Notes: generated by a model not told the origin, from the sequence alone. A stretch of DNA of 64,000 nucleotides from Candidatus Dojkabacteria bacterium (GCA_018056375.1 JAGPFQ010000001.1:39995-103994); one strand, 5' to 3'. Positions 49,137 to 59,124 are shown, counted from the first letter of the stretch. Numbers and translations: made by a program.

Positions 49137-49538
49137 ATGGCAAAGTCAGATAAAACAGTTTTAGTAGTAGAAGATGAAAAAGAACTACTAGAATCATATC
49201 AAGAGATTATCGAAACTGCTGGATATAATGTAATAGGTGTCACTGATGGGTATCAAGCTCTTGATGTTTTAGGAAAACGTCACAAGGAGGTAGATTTAAT
49301 TCTTTTAGATTTAATGATGCTTGGTGTGGATGGTTTGGAGGTTCTCAAAGCAATAAGAGCAGATAAAGAAAAGTATGGAGAAGCTCCTGTGATTATTCTT
49401 ACAAATATGACAAGTGAGTCTGTAATTAGGGAATCTTTTAATCTAGGTGCATCATCATATTTAGTAAAAGCAGATTTAGATTATCAAGGTTTAACAAAGG
49501 AATTGGAAAGATACTTAGGGGATGAAGGGTCTCTTTGA
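49137..49538 (+). CDS. Stand-alone response-regulator receiver (CheY/PilH-like)
   Basis: KTVLVVEDEKE...DLILLDLMMLGVDGLEVLKAIR...PVIILTNM: phosphoacceptor Asp and conserved acidic pocket; no output domain, no kinase in window. Confidence 0.8.
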   Translation: MAKSDKTVLVVEDEKELLESYQEIIETAGYNVIGVTDGYQALDVLGKRHKEVDLILLDLMMLGVDGLEVLKAIRADKEKYGEAPVIILTNMTSESVIRESFNLGASSYLVKADLDYQGLTKELERYLGDEGSL

Positions 49539-49605
49539 TATTTGAAAGTTCTTGATTTTTTGTTAATATATTGTTAGGAGTAATAAATTTAAAAATTGAC
49601 TAAAC

Positions 49606-50637
49606 ATGGCAAAACTGCCCGATCATGTTGGAATAGATTTTGGTACACACTCTGTAAAGGCTGTGGAGCTTAGTGGTATTTCAACAAAGAATCCAAAGTT
49701 AGTAAATCTAGGTTCACAATCAACGCCTAAAGGAGCTGTTAACAGTGAGGATCCTGCAGACCAGAAAAGATTGGCGGATGCTTTAAAGAAGCTTTATGAA
49801 GCATCAGGGATAAAGAATTCAAAGGTTGTTATGGCACTACCGGAGTTTTCAGTTTTTACTAGGTTCTTAGAATTACCTGGTGTTAAAGAGGAGGAGATGA
49901 AAGAAGCTGTTTATTATGAGGCTAAGCAGTATATTCCCCTACCCTTGAGTGAAGTTATGATGGACTTTATTCCAGTTGGCTTTAATACTGAGAGAAACGC
50001 TCCTAGAGTTTTGGTTGTTGCAGCATCTACTAAGGTTGTAGAAATCTATGTTGAGATTGCAAGGCAAGCAGGATTAGAGCTTTTGGCGATAGAGACAGAG
50101 TCTCTAGCAATGGGGAGAGCAGTATACAGATCTACAGGGAAGAAAGCTGCTGTCATGTTAGATTTTGGTGCAAATAATACAGATATGAGTATACTTGCGG
50201 ATGGGTATCTGGTCTTCTCGCAAAGCATAGCTATTGGTTCTGATTCTCTTACACAAGCAATTGTAAACAAGTTTAATTTTGATAATCAACGAGCTGAAGA
50301 GTTTAAGAGGAATTACGGTGTTGTACCTAATGTGTTGGAAGGTAAAATATATTCTGTTTTAACACCGATAATAGAATCTATATTGGTTGAAGTAAGAAGA
50401 GGTATGGAATTCTACAAGAGTAGAACTCTTTCAATATCTCCATCTGACTATATTCTAGGTGGAGATGGTGCTCTCTTGCCTGGTATTAGTGAGTATATTG
50501 CAAAGAGTCTAAATGCAAATGTTTCTTTAGCAAATCCGTGGAATAATATTCAAATAGATAAGAATTTTGAAGATATTGCAAGAAAGGGAGCTCCCTCCTA
50601 CTCTGTAGCAATAGGTTTAGCTTTAAGAGATGACTAA
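49606..50637 (+). CDS. pilM: Type IV pilus assembly protein PilM (actin-like ATPase fold)
   Basis: GIDFGTHSVKAVEL... N-terminus, 343 aa, upstream of PilN/PilO-like genes. Confidence 0.8.
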   Translation: MAKLPDHVGIDFGTHSVKAVELSGISTKNPKLVNLGSQSTPKGAVNSEDPADQKRLADALKKLYEASGIKNSKVVMALPEFSVFTRFLELPGVKEEEMKEAVYYEAKQYIPLPLSEVMMDFIPVGFNTERNAPRVLVVAASTKVVEIYVEIARQAGLELLAIETESLAMGRAVYRSTGKKAAVMLDFGANNTDMSILADGYLVFSQSIAIGSDSLTQAIVNKFNFDNQRAEEFKRNYGVVPNVLEGKIYSVLTPIIESILVEVRRGMEFYKSRTLSISPSDYILGGDGALLPGISEYIAKSLNANVSLANPWNNIQIDKNFEDIARKGAPSYSVAIGLALRDD

Positions 50638-51385
50638 TACTACAACTTCAACAAAGCAGAATAAAAAAGAGGAAGAAAAAAGCTCTTCGTTGTTAGAGAA
50701 AATCTCTGGAAAGAAAGAGGTAAGAGAAGAAGAGAAAATGAGTGAAAAAAAAGAGGCTGCTTTCTCTATGTTGACTCCAGAGGATGGTATTAATCTTGTT
50801 CCAATATTAACAAAGTCTGAGGTTGTCAAAGAAGAGAGAAAAGGCAAATTAAATCTTACAGCAATACTTAGTGTTGTAGTCTTTCTGGTGATTACAATTG
50901 TAGTTGTGGCATTCTCTACTCTTACCAAATTACAGGTAGAGAATGAAAAAGCAAAGTTGAAACAATACGAAGAGGAAGCTTCGGTCTTGGGTGAAAAAGT
51001 ATTGGCAAACGATGAACTTTTAAGAAGAATTCTTTTGTATAAAGATATCTCCTCTAGTCAATATTCTGTGAAAGATATTTTTAATCATTTTTCTGAAATT
51101 GCAATTAGAAATGGAAGTACTACATTAACCAATTTTATCTTTACTTCAAATACCTCTGTTTCTTTTGAAGGAGAATGTTCTTCTTTAGAATGTGTTGCTA
51201 AATTTTGGCATCGACTTTCGACAGATTCTAAAGTGGAATCAGTATTTTTAGATTCCGTTTCGAAAAGATCGAGTGGCTCTCCTGAAGAAGATACTTCCGA
51301 AGAGAAGACCTCCTTTGAATTTAGAGTTACAATGCGTAAAGATGCTTTTAAAAAAGATAATCTAAATATTAATACAGAAGATTGA
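50630..51385 (+). CDS. PilN-like bitopic pilus assembly protein with K/E-rich N-terminal extension
   Basis: Single TM helix (LTAILSVVVFLVITIVVVAF) followed by coiled-coil; overlaps pilM stop. Confidence 0.5.
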   Translation: MTNTTTSTKQNKKEEEKSSSLLEKISGKKEVREEEKMSEKKEAAFSMLTPEDGINLVPILTKSEVVKEERKGKLNLTAILSVVVFLVITIVVVAFSTLTKLQVENEKAKLKQYEEEASVLGEKVLANDELLRRILLYKDISSSQYSVKDIFNHFSEIAIRNGSTTLTNFIFTSNTSVSFEGECSSLECVAKFWHRLSTDSKVESVFLDSVSKRSSGSPEEDTSEEKTSFEFRVTMRKDAFKKDNLNINTED

Positions 51386-52122
51386 TGGAAAAACAAAGTA
51401 ATATTAAAAAGGAAATAGAGGGAATTGACGAGAAAGTAAAGGATACAAAGCTTAAGGCAAAGGACTTAGTGGTTCCTATTATTGTTGCTGTTATTTTAAT
51501 ATGTATAGCTATTTTTGTTTTTATTCCTATGCTTCGAAATGCCCTTGATTTAAGGACAGAGTTAAGAGAAATTAAGAAGAAGCAGGAACAAGTGTTGTCT
51601 TTACAAAAAACTGTTAATCGAATGGATGAAGGTGTGATGTTAGCAGATTTAACTGATGCAAAGAGTGTTATCCCAAAAACATTAAAGGTGTCTAATTTCC
51701 TTTATTATATAGATGAGCTTGCCTATGAGAAGAATCTTGCTTCCGAAGTTATATCAGTAGGAGATGTTAATGTAGTTTCTCCAGGAGGTGATAAGTCTTC
51801 AGCAAAATCAAAATACAAGGGAGTCAATGGACCTTTGGCATATTCTGGTAGTTTGTATGACATATTATCCTTTTTAGATAGTTTCTACACCTCTTCTCCA
51901 TATATAGTTTCTCCAGAGAATATTACACTAGAGAATAGGGGTGAAAGAGGTTGGGAAGTTGAATTAAGTTTGACAGGGTATTACATCTTAGAGGAGGAAG
52001 ATATCAAATTTAACCCATATAAGACATTTAGAGCTTATACAGATCATGCCGATGTAATAGGAGTCTTTAGAGAAAAAGCACTTAAGTTATCAAGTAATAC
52101 TGATACCGAATATAACTATTAG
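51382..52122 (+). CDS. PilO-like bitopic pilus assembly protein
   Basis: Single TM helix then coiled coil then periplasmic domain; overlaps previous gene by 4 nt. Confidence 0.45.
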   Translation: MMEKQSNIKKEIEGIDEKVKDTKLKAKDLVVPIIVAVILICIAIFVFIPMLRNALDLRTELREIKKKQEQVLSLQKTVNRMDEGVMLADLTDAKSVIPKTLKVSNFLYYIDELAYEKNLASEVISVGDVNVVSPGGDKSSAKSKYKGVNGPLAYSGSLYDILSFLDSFYTSSPYIVSPENITLENRGERGWEVELSLTGYYILEEEDIKFNPYKTFRAYTDHADVIGVFREKALKLSSNTDTEYNY

Positions 52123-52430
52123 ATTTCATCATGGAAGATGCTATCATCTTCTTCTATGTTTGTTTCTTTATTTGAATCTTCTTTCTTTTCGTCATCTTTG
52201 ATTAGAACTCTAACTCTTCTATCCATTCTAATAGCATTGATGGTAATTAAGTCTCTAATAGCATTTATAGTTCTTCCCTTTCTTCCAATTACAACTCCTT
52301 TGTCACCCTCAGCAACATCAACAGTTAAAATTGTTAATCCAGGGAAGTCAACACTTTCTTTTTCTTCAATAGTGACCTTTTCAGGCTCATTGACTATTGA
52401 CTTTACAATATGCTCGAGCAATTCTTTCAT
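52119..52430 (-). CDS. KH-domain RNA-binding protein (KhpA/YlqC-like)
   Basis: KGVVIGRKGRTINAIRDLI (GxxG KH motif) plus acidic tail; downstream of rpsP as in Firmicutes rpsP-ylqC. Confidence 0.7.
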   Translation of the reverse strand: MKELLEHIVKSIVNEPEKVTIEEKESVDFPGLTILTVDVAEGDKGVVIGRKGRTINAIRDLITINAIRMDRRVRVLIKDDEKKEDSNKETNIEEDDSIFHDEI

Positions 52431-52469
52431 TCTAGTATAGGTAAAATATTATTTAGATAAAATATTATA

Positions 52470-52766
52470 CTACTCTTCTTGCTTTTTGTCTTTTTTCTTT
52501 GTGCTTGGCTTTGTAGAGCCTCTTTTAAGCTCTTTAAGTATGCCAGCTTTCACAAAATATTGAGCAACGGTATCAGAAGGTTGTGCTCCATTCTCTAACC
52601 ATGTTTTTGCCTTTTCAACATCAACATCAAACTGGTTAAGTCTTGGATTATAGACACCAATCTCATCTTTTGTTCGCCCATCTCTAGGTTGAGAACTCTC
52701 CATAACAACAATTCTGTAATATGGATCGTTTTTTCTACCTACTCTTTTTAATCTTATTTTTAACAT
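52470..52766 (-). CDS. rpsP: 30S ribosomal protein S16
   Basis: MLKIRLKRVGRKNDPYYRIVV...DGR..DEIG.YNP matches S16; ORF reaches a TTG at 52784, but ATG at 52766 gives the canonical N-terminus. Confidence 0.85.
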   Translation of the reverse strand: MLKIRLKRVGRKNDPYYRIVVMESSQPRDGRTKDEIGVYNPRLNQFDVDVEKAKTWLENGAQPSDTVAQYFVKAGILKELKRGSTKPSTKKKDKKQEE

Positions 52767-52799
52767 AGGACTGAATTCTATCAAAAGAACTTATATAAT

Positions 52800-53504
52800 T
52801 CAAGAATTATCTCTATTTCCATCTTCAAGTATTTCAATTGCATTTTTAGCTGCATCTTCTTCGGCTTTCTGCTTACTCTGCCCTACTCCTGTTGTGATTG
52901 CTTTTCTACCTCTTCTAATCTCTACAGTAAAAGACTTATCGTGGTCAGGTCCTTCTTCTTTGATTAATTCATATGTTGGTGTTACTTTAAACTTTTCCTG
53001 AATAATCTCCTGTACTCTGGTCTTAGGGTCGATAAAAAGCTCTTCTCTAATAATCCTCTTAATCTTTTTAAGAAGAGTCCGATCTATGAAGGATCTACAT
53101 TCTTCATATCCAGCTTCTAAGTAGATTGCTCCTATGATTGCTTCATATAGATTTGCTAATAGATAGGTTTTTTCCTTTCCACCACTCTCTTCTTCTCCTT
53201 TGGACATCCTTAAGTATTCTCCTAGACCAAGTTTCTTTGTCTCTTCAGCGATACTCTCTGTTCTAACAAGGGCTGCTCTTATACTTGTTAACTCTCCTTC
53301 TGCTTTATCTGGATAGTTATGAAAGAGATTAGCTGAGATTATTAATTCTAAGACAGCATCTCCTAGGAATTCTAATCTCTCATTATTCTCTATATCTTCA
53401 TCTTTATGTTCATTGAGGTACGATCTGTGTGTGAAAGCATTCTTAAGTAGGTCTTTATTACTAAACTTTACTCCTATCTTTTTCTCTATTTCTTCATATT
53501 TCAT
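52800..53504 (-). CDS. rnc: Ribonuclease III
   Basis: RNase III signature [17 protein letters not shown]-terminal dsRBD (AKNAIEIL). Confidence 0.9.
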   Translation of the reverse strand: MKYEEIEKKIGVKFSNKDLLKNAFTHRSYLNEHKDEDIENNERLEFLGDAVLELIISANLFHNYPDKAEGELTSIRAALVRTESIAEETKKLGLGEYLRMSKGEEESGGKEKTYLLANLYEAIIGAIYLEAGYEECRSFIDRTLLKKIKRIIREELFIDPKTRVQEIIQEKFKVTPTYELIKEEGPDHDKSFTVEIRRGRKAITTGVGQSKQKAEEDAAKNAIEILEDGNRDNS

Positions 53505-53950
53505 GCTGTTGTTTCTCCTTTCTCTTTATTTTCTTCTTCATATATAGCACCTAATACTCCATTTACAAATTTACCACTACTTTGTCCTCCAAATTCTTTG
53601 GCTATTTCAATAGCTTCATCTATTGCAACTTTAGGAGGTGTAATTTTTTCTATAAATCCTTCAAAGATGGCAATTCTTAAAATCTGTAAGTCTACCAATT
53701 TCATTTGATTGATTGGCCATTGTGGAGCATATTTAACAATTATCTTATCAATATCTTCTGTCTTTTCCTTTACTCCCTTTGTTATTTTTTCAAAAAGCTC
53801 TTCATTGTACTCTTCTATATCATCAATCTCTAAAAGGTCTTCAAGTGGAATTAGGTCTGTCTTAAGACTTTCTTCTGCAAAATATTTAGTAAAAAGCTCT
53901 TGTAGAGCTAATACTCTTGCTAAATGTCTAGGGTCAGTTGATTTCTTCAT
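53501..53950 (-). CDS. nusB: Transcription antitermination factor NusB
   Basis: [13 protein letters not shown]... and all-helical NusB fold signature; overlaps rnc start by 4 nt. Confidence 0.75.
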   Translation of the reverse strand: MKKSTDPRHLARVLALQELFTKYFAEESLKTDLIPLEDLLEIDDIEEYNEELFEKITKGVKEKTEDIDKIIVKYAPQWPINQMKLVDLQILRIAIFEGFIEKITPPKVAIDEAIEIAKEFGGQSSGKFVNGVLGAIYEEENKEKGETTA

Positions 53951-53952
53951 GG

Positions 53953-54111
53953 TTATTTTTTATAAGTACCACAATTTTTACACTCAAAGTGAGCCCTTTT
54001 TAGTACTCCACACTTAGGACATTTTGAGATACCTTCTAGCTTTAGTGCATTATGTGATCTCCTTCTGCCTTTTCTTGCTTTTGATATTCTTCTTTTTGGA
54101 AGTGCACCCAT
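53953..54111 (-). CDS. rpmF: 50S ribosomal protein L32 (52 aa; absent from the ORF track because <60 aa)
   Basis: Manual translation of minus strand: [52 protein letters not shown], matching L32 (M.VPKRR.SK.R...RR.H.AL......C..CG..K..H..C..CG.Y) including zinc-ribbon Cys pairs. Confidence 0.8.
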   Translation of the reverse strand: MGALPKRRISKARKGRRRSHNALKLEGISKCPKCGVLKRAHFECKNCGTYKK

Positions 54112-54176
54112 TTTTACTTAATCTATATCTTAACTCGACAATTATATTGAATTTTCTTAGATTTATCAATCTCTAT

Positions 54177-56891
54177 TTATATTAACCAACTTTCAGGAAT
54201 TTCTATCTCTTGTCCGGGTTTTATTTCTTGCTCTATTATTCCTTTTGCTATCTGCCCTTCTATCTTGTCTTGTATATATCTCTTCATAGGTCTTGCACCC
54301 ATTCCTGGTACATTTGATTTACTAGCAATTAACATAGGTATCTGTTCTACCCATTTTATGGTTATATCTTTTTCTGCAAGTCTTTTTGCTAAAGCATTCA
54401 ACTCTAACACAGCAATTTGGCTAAGTTTGTTTGAGTCATGTGGTTCGAAGACAATAATATCATCAAATCTATTAAGTAACTCAGGTCTTAGTGATTGTCT
54501 TAACTCGAGAAGACTTCTCTCTTTAGCTTCTTCCCACATAGTATTTGGTTCATTTAAAGCCTCAAGTAGTATTTGACTACCGATGTTACTTGTGCAGATA
54601 ATTATAGCATTGGTAAAATCAACAGTCTCTCCGTAAGCACTGGTTAATCTGCCCTCATCAAATATTTGTAGGAAGAGATTAAGTATTTCAGGGTGTGCTT
54701 TCTCTATCTCATCAAAAAGAACTACTGTATGTGGAGTTCTCTTTATTCGGTCCACTAAAGATACTTCTGTCTGTCCAAACATGTCAGTATTATCAGAGGA
54801 TCCAAGAAATCGACTAATGCTTGAAGAGTCTTGATATTCTGACATATCAAGTCTAATCATACTGTTCTCAACATCAAAATATTCCTCGCCTACTACTTTT
54901 GCCAAATATGTTTTACCGACACCTGTTGGGCCAATGAACAGAAAAGTGCCTATTGGTTTATTAGGATTTCTGATATCAGCTCTTGCTCGTCTTAAAGCTT
55001 CAGATATTGCAATTACTGCTGCATCCTGTCCAACGATTTTGTTTCTGATATTTTCCTCTAACTTCATCATCTTATTACTCTCCTCTTGGTCTATCGAAGT
55101 AATATTTATATTTTTCTGTAATGAGACAACTTTTGAGACATGTTCTGCTGTTATCTTGTGAATACCATTAGCCTGAGCCCATGAGCAGGTAGCTTCAATT
55201 GTTTGAACTGCACTGCTAGGTAATTTCCTATCTTTAATATATCTCTCTGAAATTTCTACTGATGCAACTAGTGCTGGGAAAGTGATAAAACAATTAAAAT
55301 TGCTTTCCAATTCATATATTTTACTTTCTAGTATAATCAGAGCATCAGCTGCAGAAATCTCCTGTATTTCGACATTTGTAAAACTTTGTCTTAAAGACTC
55401 ATTTCCATAGAAGAATTTTTTGTAATCAGTATAGTTAATACTTCCAACTATTGGGAAATTACTGTTTAAGATATATGGAAGCATCATACCAGCAATACTT
55501 TGACCACTACCAGTAGCTTTCGCAGGTATAATTTGTTGTATTTCATCAATGTAAAGGATAGTATTTCCTGCATTTGAAAGTTCTGTCATTGCTTTGATTA
55601 CTAGTTCTTCAATATTTCTCAGGCCTTGTGCACTTGCAATCAAAGCATTAATATCTAATTCTATTATTCTTTTGTCTTTCATCTGGTCAGGAACATCACC
55701 TCTGTTAATTCTTTGAGCTAGTCCTAAGATAATGCTTGATTTACCAACACCGGGTTCTCCAATGAGTAAAGCATTTCTATTTGATATCTTGCCTAGTGTA
55801 GAGACCAAACTTTCCACTTCTGTGTCGTGTCCAATACCAAAGACATCTCTACTTTTGGCAATAACTTCGTTAACATCTTTGCTAAAATGATTAAGTATGT
55901 ATGTGTAGCCATATATCCATGCTTTACCAATTCCTCCTGTTCTAAAATATGGTTGATCAGGGTCTAAATAATTAACTTTTCGACTCTCTAGAGCATTTGC
56001 ATATCTTACAACTTCTCGTAATATATCAATATTTACATTCTGTTTCTGTAAAAGTTTCTCTAGAGGTTTGTAAATCTTTGTAATTGCTAGGAAGATATGT
56101 TGAGGGAGTATTTCTTTACTATCTGTCAAAAGAGCTTCTTCTGCAGCATATGTTAAAAGAGCTCGAAGTGAGCTAAAAGAGAGGTTGGGAATTTTCTCTT
56201 CATCAATCTCTTTTTCTAAAAGAACACTTGTATCTAACTTAAAATCGCTTCTTCTAATTATTTCTCTAACGAAGTACTCCTCCTGAATTAATGCTTTGTA
56301 ACATTCTAGAGTTTTGAAAACACTATTGTTAGAAAAGTCACTTAGTAATTTAATTGTCTGAGAAGGAAGATAATTAACAATATCTAAACCAGCATATCTT
56401 CCCAACTTTAAACCTACAGTATTTATCTCATCTAACTCTTTTTGAGGAATTTTTTTAATACTTGGAAGAAAGTGTCTTCTACTTCTCTCAGCATAGAAAT
56501 CATGCCAGAGTAACATCATAGCTATTAATGAGATACCAAAAAAAGTATTCATTATTGGAAGATTAATAATATCTAATACTTTAGGATAGGTATCTAGCAG
56601 AGAAGTTATCTTTAGTATGTATGCAAAACCAATTATGATACCTGGAATTACTAATATATTACAGATTAGATTCTTTATCTTCTCGAACTTGTCATATTTA
56701 GGATTATTACTAAGGAGTGAGGTCATTTGAGGAGTGCTAATGGAAAAAAAGTGATCTCTAGTTAACAGGAAAATTGCTAAATCTTCGTCTTCAGGGATTT
56801 TAAAACCCTTTGAAATGATTGAGTAAGAATTTTTCTTCTTGTTATGTATTCCAATTAATGTTTTTTCTTTACTACCAAACTCTATTGCCAT
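54177..56891 (-). CDS. Two-NBD Clp/Hsp100-family AAA+ ATPase (ClpA/ClpC-like) with N-terminal transmembrane hairpin
   Basis: NBD1 Walker A GEPGVGKSS, NBD2 Walker A GPTGVGKTYLAK, sensor FDEIEKAH, arginine finger region GARPMKRYIQ; N-terminal ~130 aa contain two hydrophobic helices (ILVIPGIIIGFAYIL.., FFGISLIAMMLLW) before Clp_N-like repeats. Confidence 0.8.
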   Translation of the reverse strand: MAIEFGSKEKTLIGIHNKKKNSYSIISKGFKIPEDEDLAIFLLTRDHFFSISTPQMTSLLSNNPKYDKFEKIKNLICNILVIPGIIIGFAYILKITSLLDTYPKVLDIINLPIMNTFFGISLIAMMLLWHDFYAERSRRHFLPSIKKIPQKELDEINTVGLKLGRYAGLDIVNYLPSQTIKLLSDFSNNSVFKTLECYKALIQEEYFVREIIRRSDFKLDTSVLLEKEIDEEKIPNLSFSSLRALLTYAAEEALLTDSKEILPQHIFLAITKIYKPLEKLLQKQNVNIDILREVVRYANALESRKVNYLDPDQPYFRTGGIGKAWIYGYTYILNHFSKDVNEVIAKSRDVFGIGHDTEVESLVSTLGKISNRNALLIGEPGVGKSSIILGLAQRINRGDVPDQMKDKRIIELDINALIASAQGLRNIEELVIKAMTELSNAGNTILYIDEIQQIIPAKATGSGQSIAGMMLPYILNSNFPIVGSINYTDYKKFFYGNESLRQSFTNVEIQEISAADALIILESKIYELESNFNCFITFPALVASVEISERYIKDRKLPSSAVQTIEATCSWAQANGIHKITAEHVSKVVSLQKNINITSIDQEESNKMMKLEENIRNKIVGQDAAVIAISEALRRARADIRNPNKPIGTFLFIGPTGVGKTYLAKVVGEEYFDVENSMIRLDMSEYQDSSSISRFLGSSDNTDMFGQTEVSLVDRIKRTPHTVVLFDEIEKAHPEILNLFLQIFDEGRLTSAYGETVDFTNAIIICTSNIGSQILLEALNEPNTMWEEAKERSLLELRQSLRPELLNRFDDIIVFEPHDSNKLSQIAVLELNALAKRLAEKDITIKWVEQIPMLIASKSNVPGMGARPMKRYIQDKIEGQIAKGIIEQEIKPGQEIEIPESWLI

Positions 56892-56892
56892 T

Positions 56893-57291
56893 TTATCTGA
56901 ATATTGAAATTACTGTAAATATAATTGCAACTAAGGGGAGTAGAAGCCAGATTACTATCAACACAAATGAAACTATCATAGTGATCGAGTATATAGAAAT
57001 AGCAATAGGTAGGTATAGAAGTCTAATTAGAATCCCGAAGAGGTATCCCATTATTGATTTATCTCTGTGCCATGGTACAAAGAATGTCCCTATTAGTAGT
57101 GTTATTGAGAGATTGTCATCAAGTACAGTAGACAGCCTACCAAATTTTCTTAGATGTCTTAAAGGCATTTTGACATACCACCAGTTTAGAAAGTCTTGTA
57201 TGAAAAAGAGAAAAATCTGTGGGTATGTATCTACTTTTGCAAAACCAATGACTTGTTGGTCAGGGCTATTTTGTATTCTTGTTTGTTCCAT
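56893..57291 (-). CDS. Hypothetical small membrane protein, translationally coupled upstream of the Clp ATPase
   Basis: 132 aa, 3 predicted TM helices, stop adjacent to Clp start. Confidence 0.4.
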   Translation of the reverse strand: MEQTRIQNSPDQQVIGFAKVDTYPQIFLFFIQDFLNWWYVKMPLRHLRKFGRLSTVLDDNLSITLLIGTFFVPWHRDKSIMGYLFGILIRLLYLPIAISIYSITMIVSFVLIVIWLLLPLVAIIFTVISIFR

Positions 57292-57399
57292 TTTGGGCAG
57301 TTTTCCTTCTGCTTACAGTTTATCGTAAACAGAGAGAATCTGTCAATTTTTTCTTTTATGATAAGAGTTAAGGATGTTTTGCTTTATCTCAGATTTGCT

Positions 57400-57840
57400 C
57401 TAGACTGATTCTACTTCGACTACTCCATCTTCTAGAATGGTGATAATCATATCATCTTTAACATAGTCTAGGAATTCATCTCCTAGTGAGTCGATTGTTG
57501 GCATGCTATTGTCTGTCCAAACATCTGCCAGGATAGCTCCTGCAGCTGCCAGTGAGTCGATTGGTTTTGAAAATAGTAATGCACCAGGACTACAGTGAGT
57601 TACCGCTGCATTGTACAAGACCATACCTCCTGTTGTTGAGCCAATAGTTTGTGGTAAGCATAAGGCAACTCCTACAGTTGATTTACCATACAGATCTTTG
57701 TTGTTTTGGTCTGTACAGATATTCTTTCCCTCCTTACAATCTTTATACGATGCTAATGTATTAAAACCAGTTCGTGATACTAAAGCTTTTAGCTTACAAG
57801 TACCTGGTACTACAACTCTTCCTTTAAATGTTTTTTTCAT
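57400..57840 (-). CDS. Aconitase-X small (swivel) subunit, DUF126
   Basis: LCLPQTIGSTTGGMVLYNAAVTHCSPGALLFSKPIDSLAAAGAILADVWTDNSMPTID matches the DUF126 pattern (G.iLv.p...GS..gS.vl..L...G.aP.Aii......i.a.GailA.iP.vd). Confidence 0.6.
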   Translation of the reverse strand: MKKTFKGRVVVPGTCKLKALVSRTGFNTLASYKDCKEGKNICTDQNNKDLYGKSTVGVALCLPQTIGSTTGGMVLYNAAVTHCSPGALLFSKPIDSLAAAGAILADVWTDNSMPTIDSLGDEFLDYVKDDMIITILEDGVVEVESV

Positions 57841-57852
57841 TTTTCTTATCGT

Positions 57853-59112
57853 TTATATAATTTGTTCTAAAATCTCATCATCAGAATAATATTTAGATGA
57901 GGTATAGGTTCTTAATTTGTTTGAATTTGTAATAACTGGCATTTTTGCACATAGTGGATTATTCATATACATCAAAGGACATATATAGCTTGTAACTACA
58001 CCCATCTCTTTTAGCTTCTTAGCATTCTCTGTCTTCTCAAATTCTTTCAAAACAGCTGGAGCGGAAGTAAAGACAGTTTTAATTCTAATCTTTTTCTTTC
58101 CTTTTGCTTTTAAAGTTTCTTCTAGCTTCTCTGTCCAGTCATTAAGTTGTTTTAGACTCATATGTGGACAGCCCATGAAGCATAGTTTTGGCTTGGCATC
58201 AGGATTTTTCCAAATACATGGATAGCTTTTCTTTACCCTTTCTAATTCAGCATCATCTACTACATAGACTTTAGCGTTTTCATTAATTAAGTTTTCTTTT
58301 AATTCAACTGCTTCTGGGGTTAGATTTTCGACATGATATAGTCCAACTGAGCCATTAGATGCCGTAGCTGCACCGAAGTCTTTTAAGTATGATAATGTGT
58401 CTTCATCTAAAGTGGTTCCTAACCATTTATCTAAACCTTTAATATATGGAACATCTTCTAAAACTTTCATCCCTATCGCAGAACCTAGTAGTTGTGCTTC
58501 TGGTTTCTTTGTTGTCTTTACTTCAACAATCCAGTTAGCTTTTCTCCCTTCATCAGTAAGAAGACCAAAGTAAGGGACATAGCCAACGATTGAACCAAAC
58601 ATTTCAATAATGCCAGAGTTACGATTACATCTTGCTCCCAATACAGAGTTTGCATAGTTTACAGCACTTGATTCTGCCCAAGAGAGAATATCTCCTTTTT
58701 CTGGTATGTTACCTACTTCTGGGAGATATGCTGCACAGGTAAAAGCATCGTCTGAGAGAAGTCCTATCTTTTTAAGTTGTTCTTCATATCGTTTTTGTGG
58801 TCCATACATAATTTTGAAAACAAGGTCTTGGAGGATATTCTTAGGTACATTTGGATCTAATGGTCTAGGGTCTGCTGAGAATTTTTGTTTTGACTCAACT
58901 TCTGCATCAAGAAGTACATCCATTAAGTCAAAGACTCCTTTTACAACAATGACTCCAAAACTTGTGACAATATGGCCGTATTTGCTAGTAACAGGGACCA
59001 TTTTAGTAGCACCAAAGGTTTCTCCGTACATGACTAATGTCTTCATTATCTTAGCCATTACTTCACCTTGTTGGCCATCTAAAATTGCTTGTTGATCTTT
59101 TGTTAATTCCAT
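57853..59112 (-). CDS. Aconitase-X large (catalytic) subunit, DUF521
   Basis: N-terminus MELTKDQQAILDGQQGEVMAKIMKTLVMYGETFGATKMVPVTSKYGHI resembles DUF521 (M.Lt.eE..mLdGe.Geav.kam..lv..ge..gAe.lipvtsaHi); 419 aa; immediately upstream of DUF126 gene. Confidence 0.6.
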   Translation of the reverse strand: MELTKDQQAILDGQQGEVMAKIMKTLVMYGETFGATKMVPVTSKYGHIVTSFGVIVVKGVFDLMDVLLDAEVESKQKFSADPRPLDPNVPKNILQDLVFKIMYGPQKRYEEQLKKIGLLSDDAFTCAAYLPEVGNIPEKGDILSWAESSAVNYANSVLGARCNRNSGIIEMFGSIVGYVPYFGLLTDEGRKANWIVEVKTTKKPEAQLLGSAIGMKVLEDVPYIKGLDKWLGTTLDEDTLSYLKDFGAATASNGSVGLYHVENLTPEAVELKENLINENAKVYVVDDAELERVKKSYPCIWKNPDAKPKLCFMGCPHMSLKQLNDWTEKLEETLKAKGKKKIRIKTVFTSAPAVLKEFEKTENAKKLKEMGVVTSYICPLMYMNNPLCAKMPVITNSNKLRTYTSSKYYSDDEILEQII

Positions 59113-59124
59113 ATATTTGTTTTA

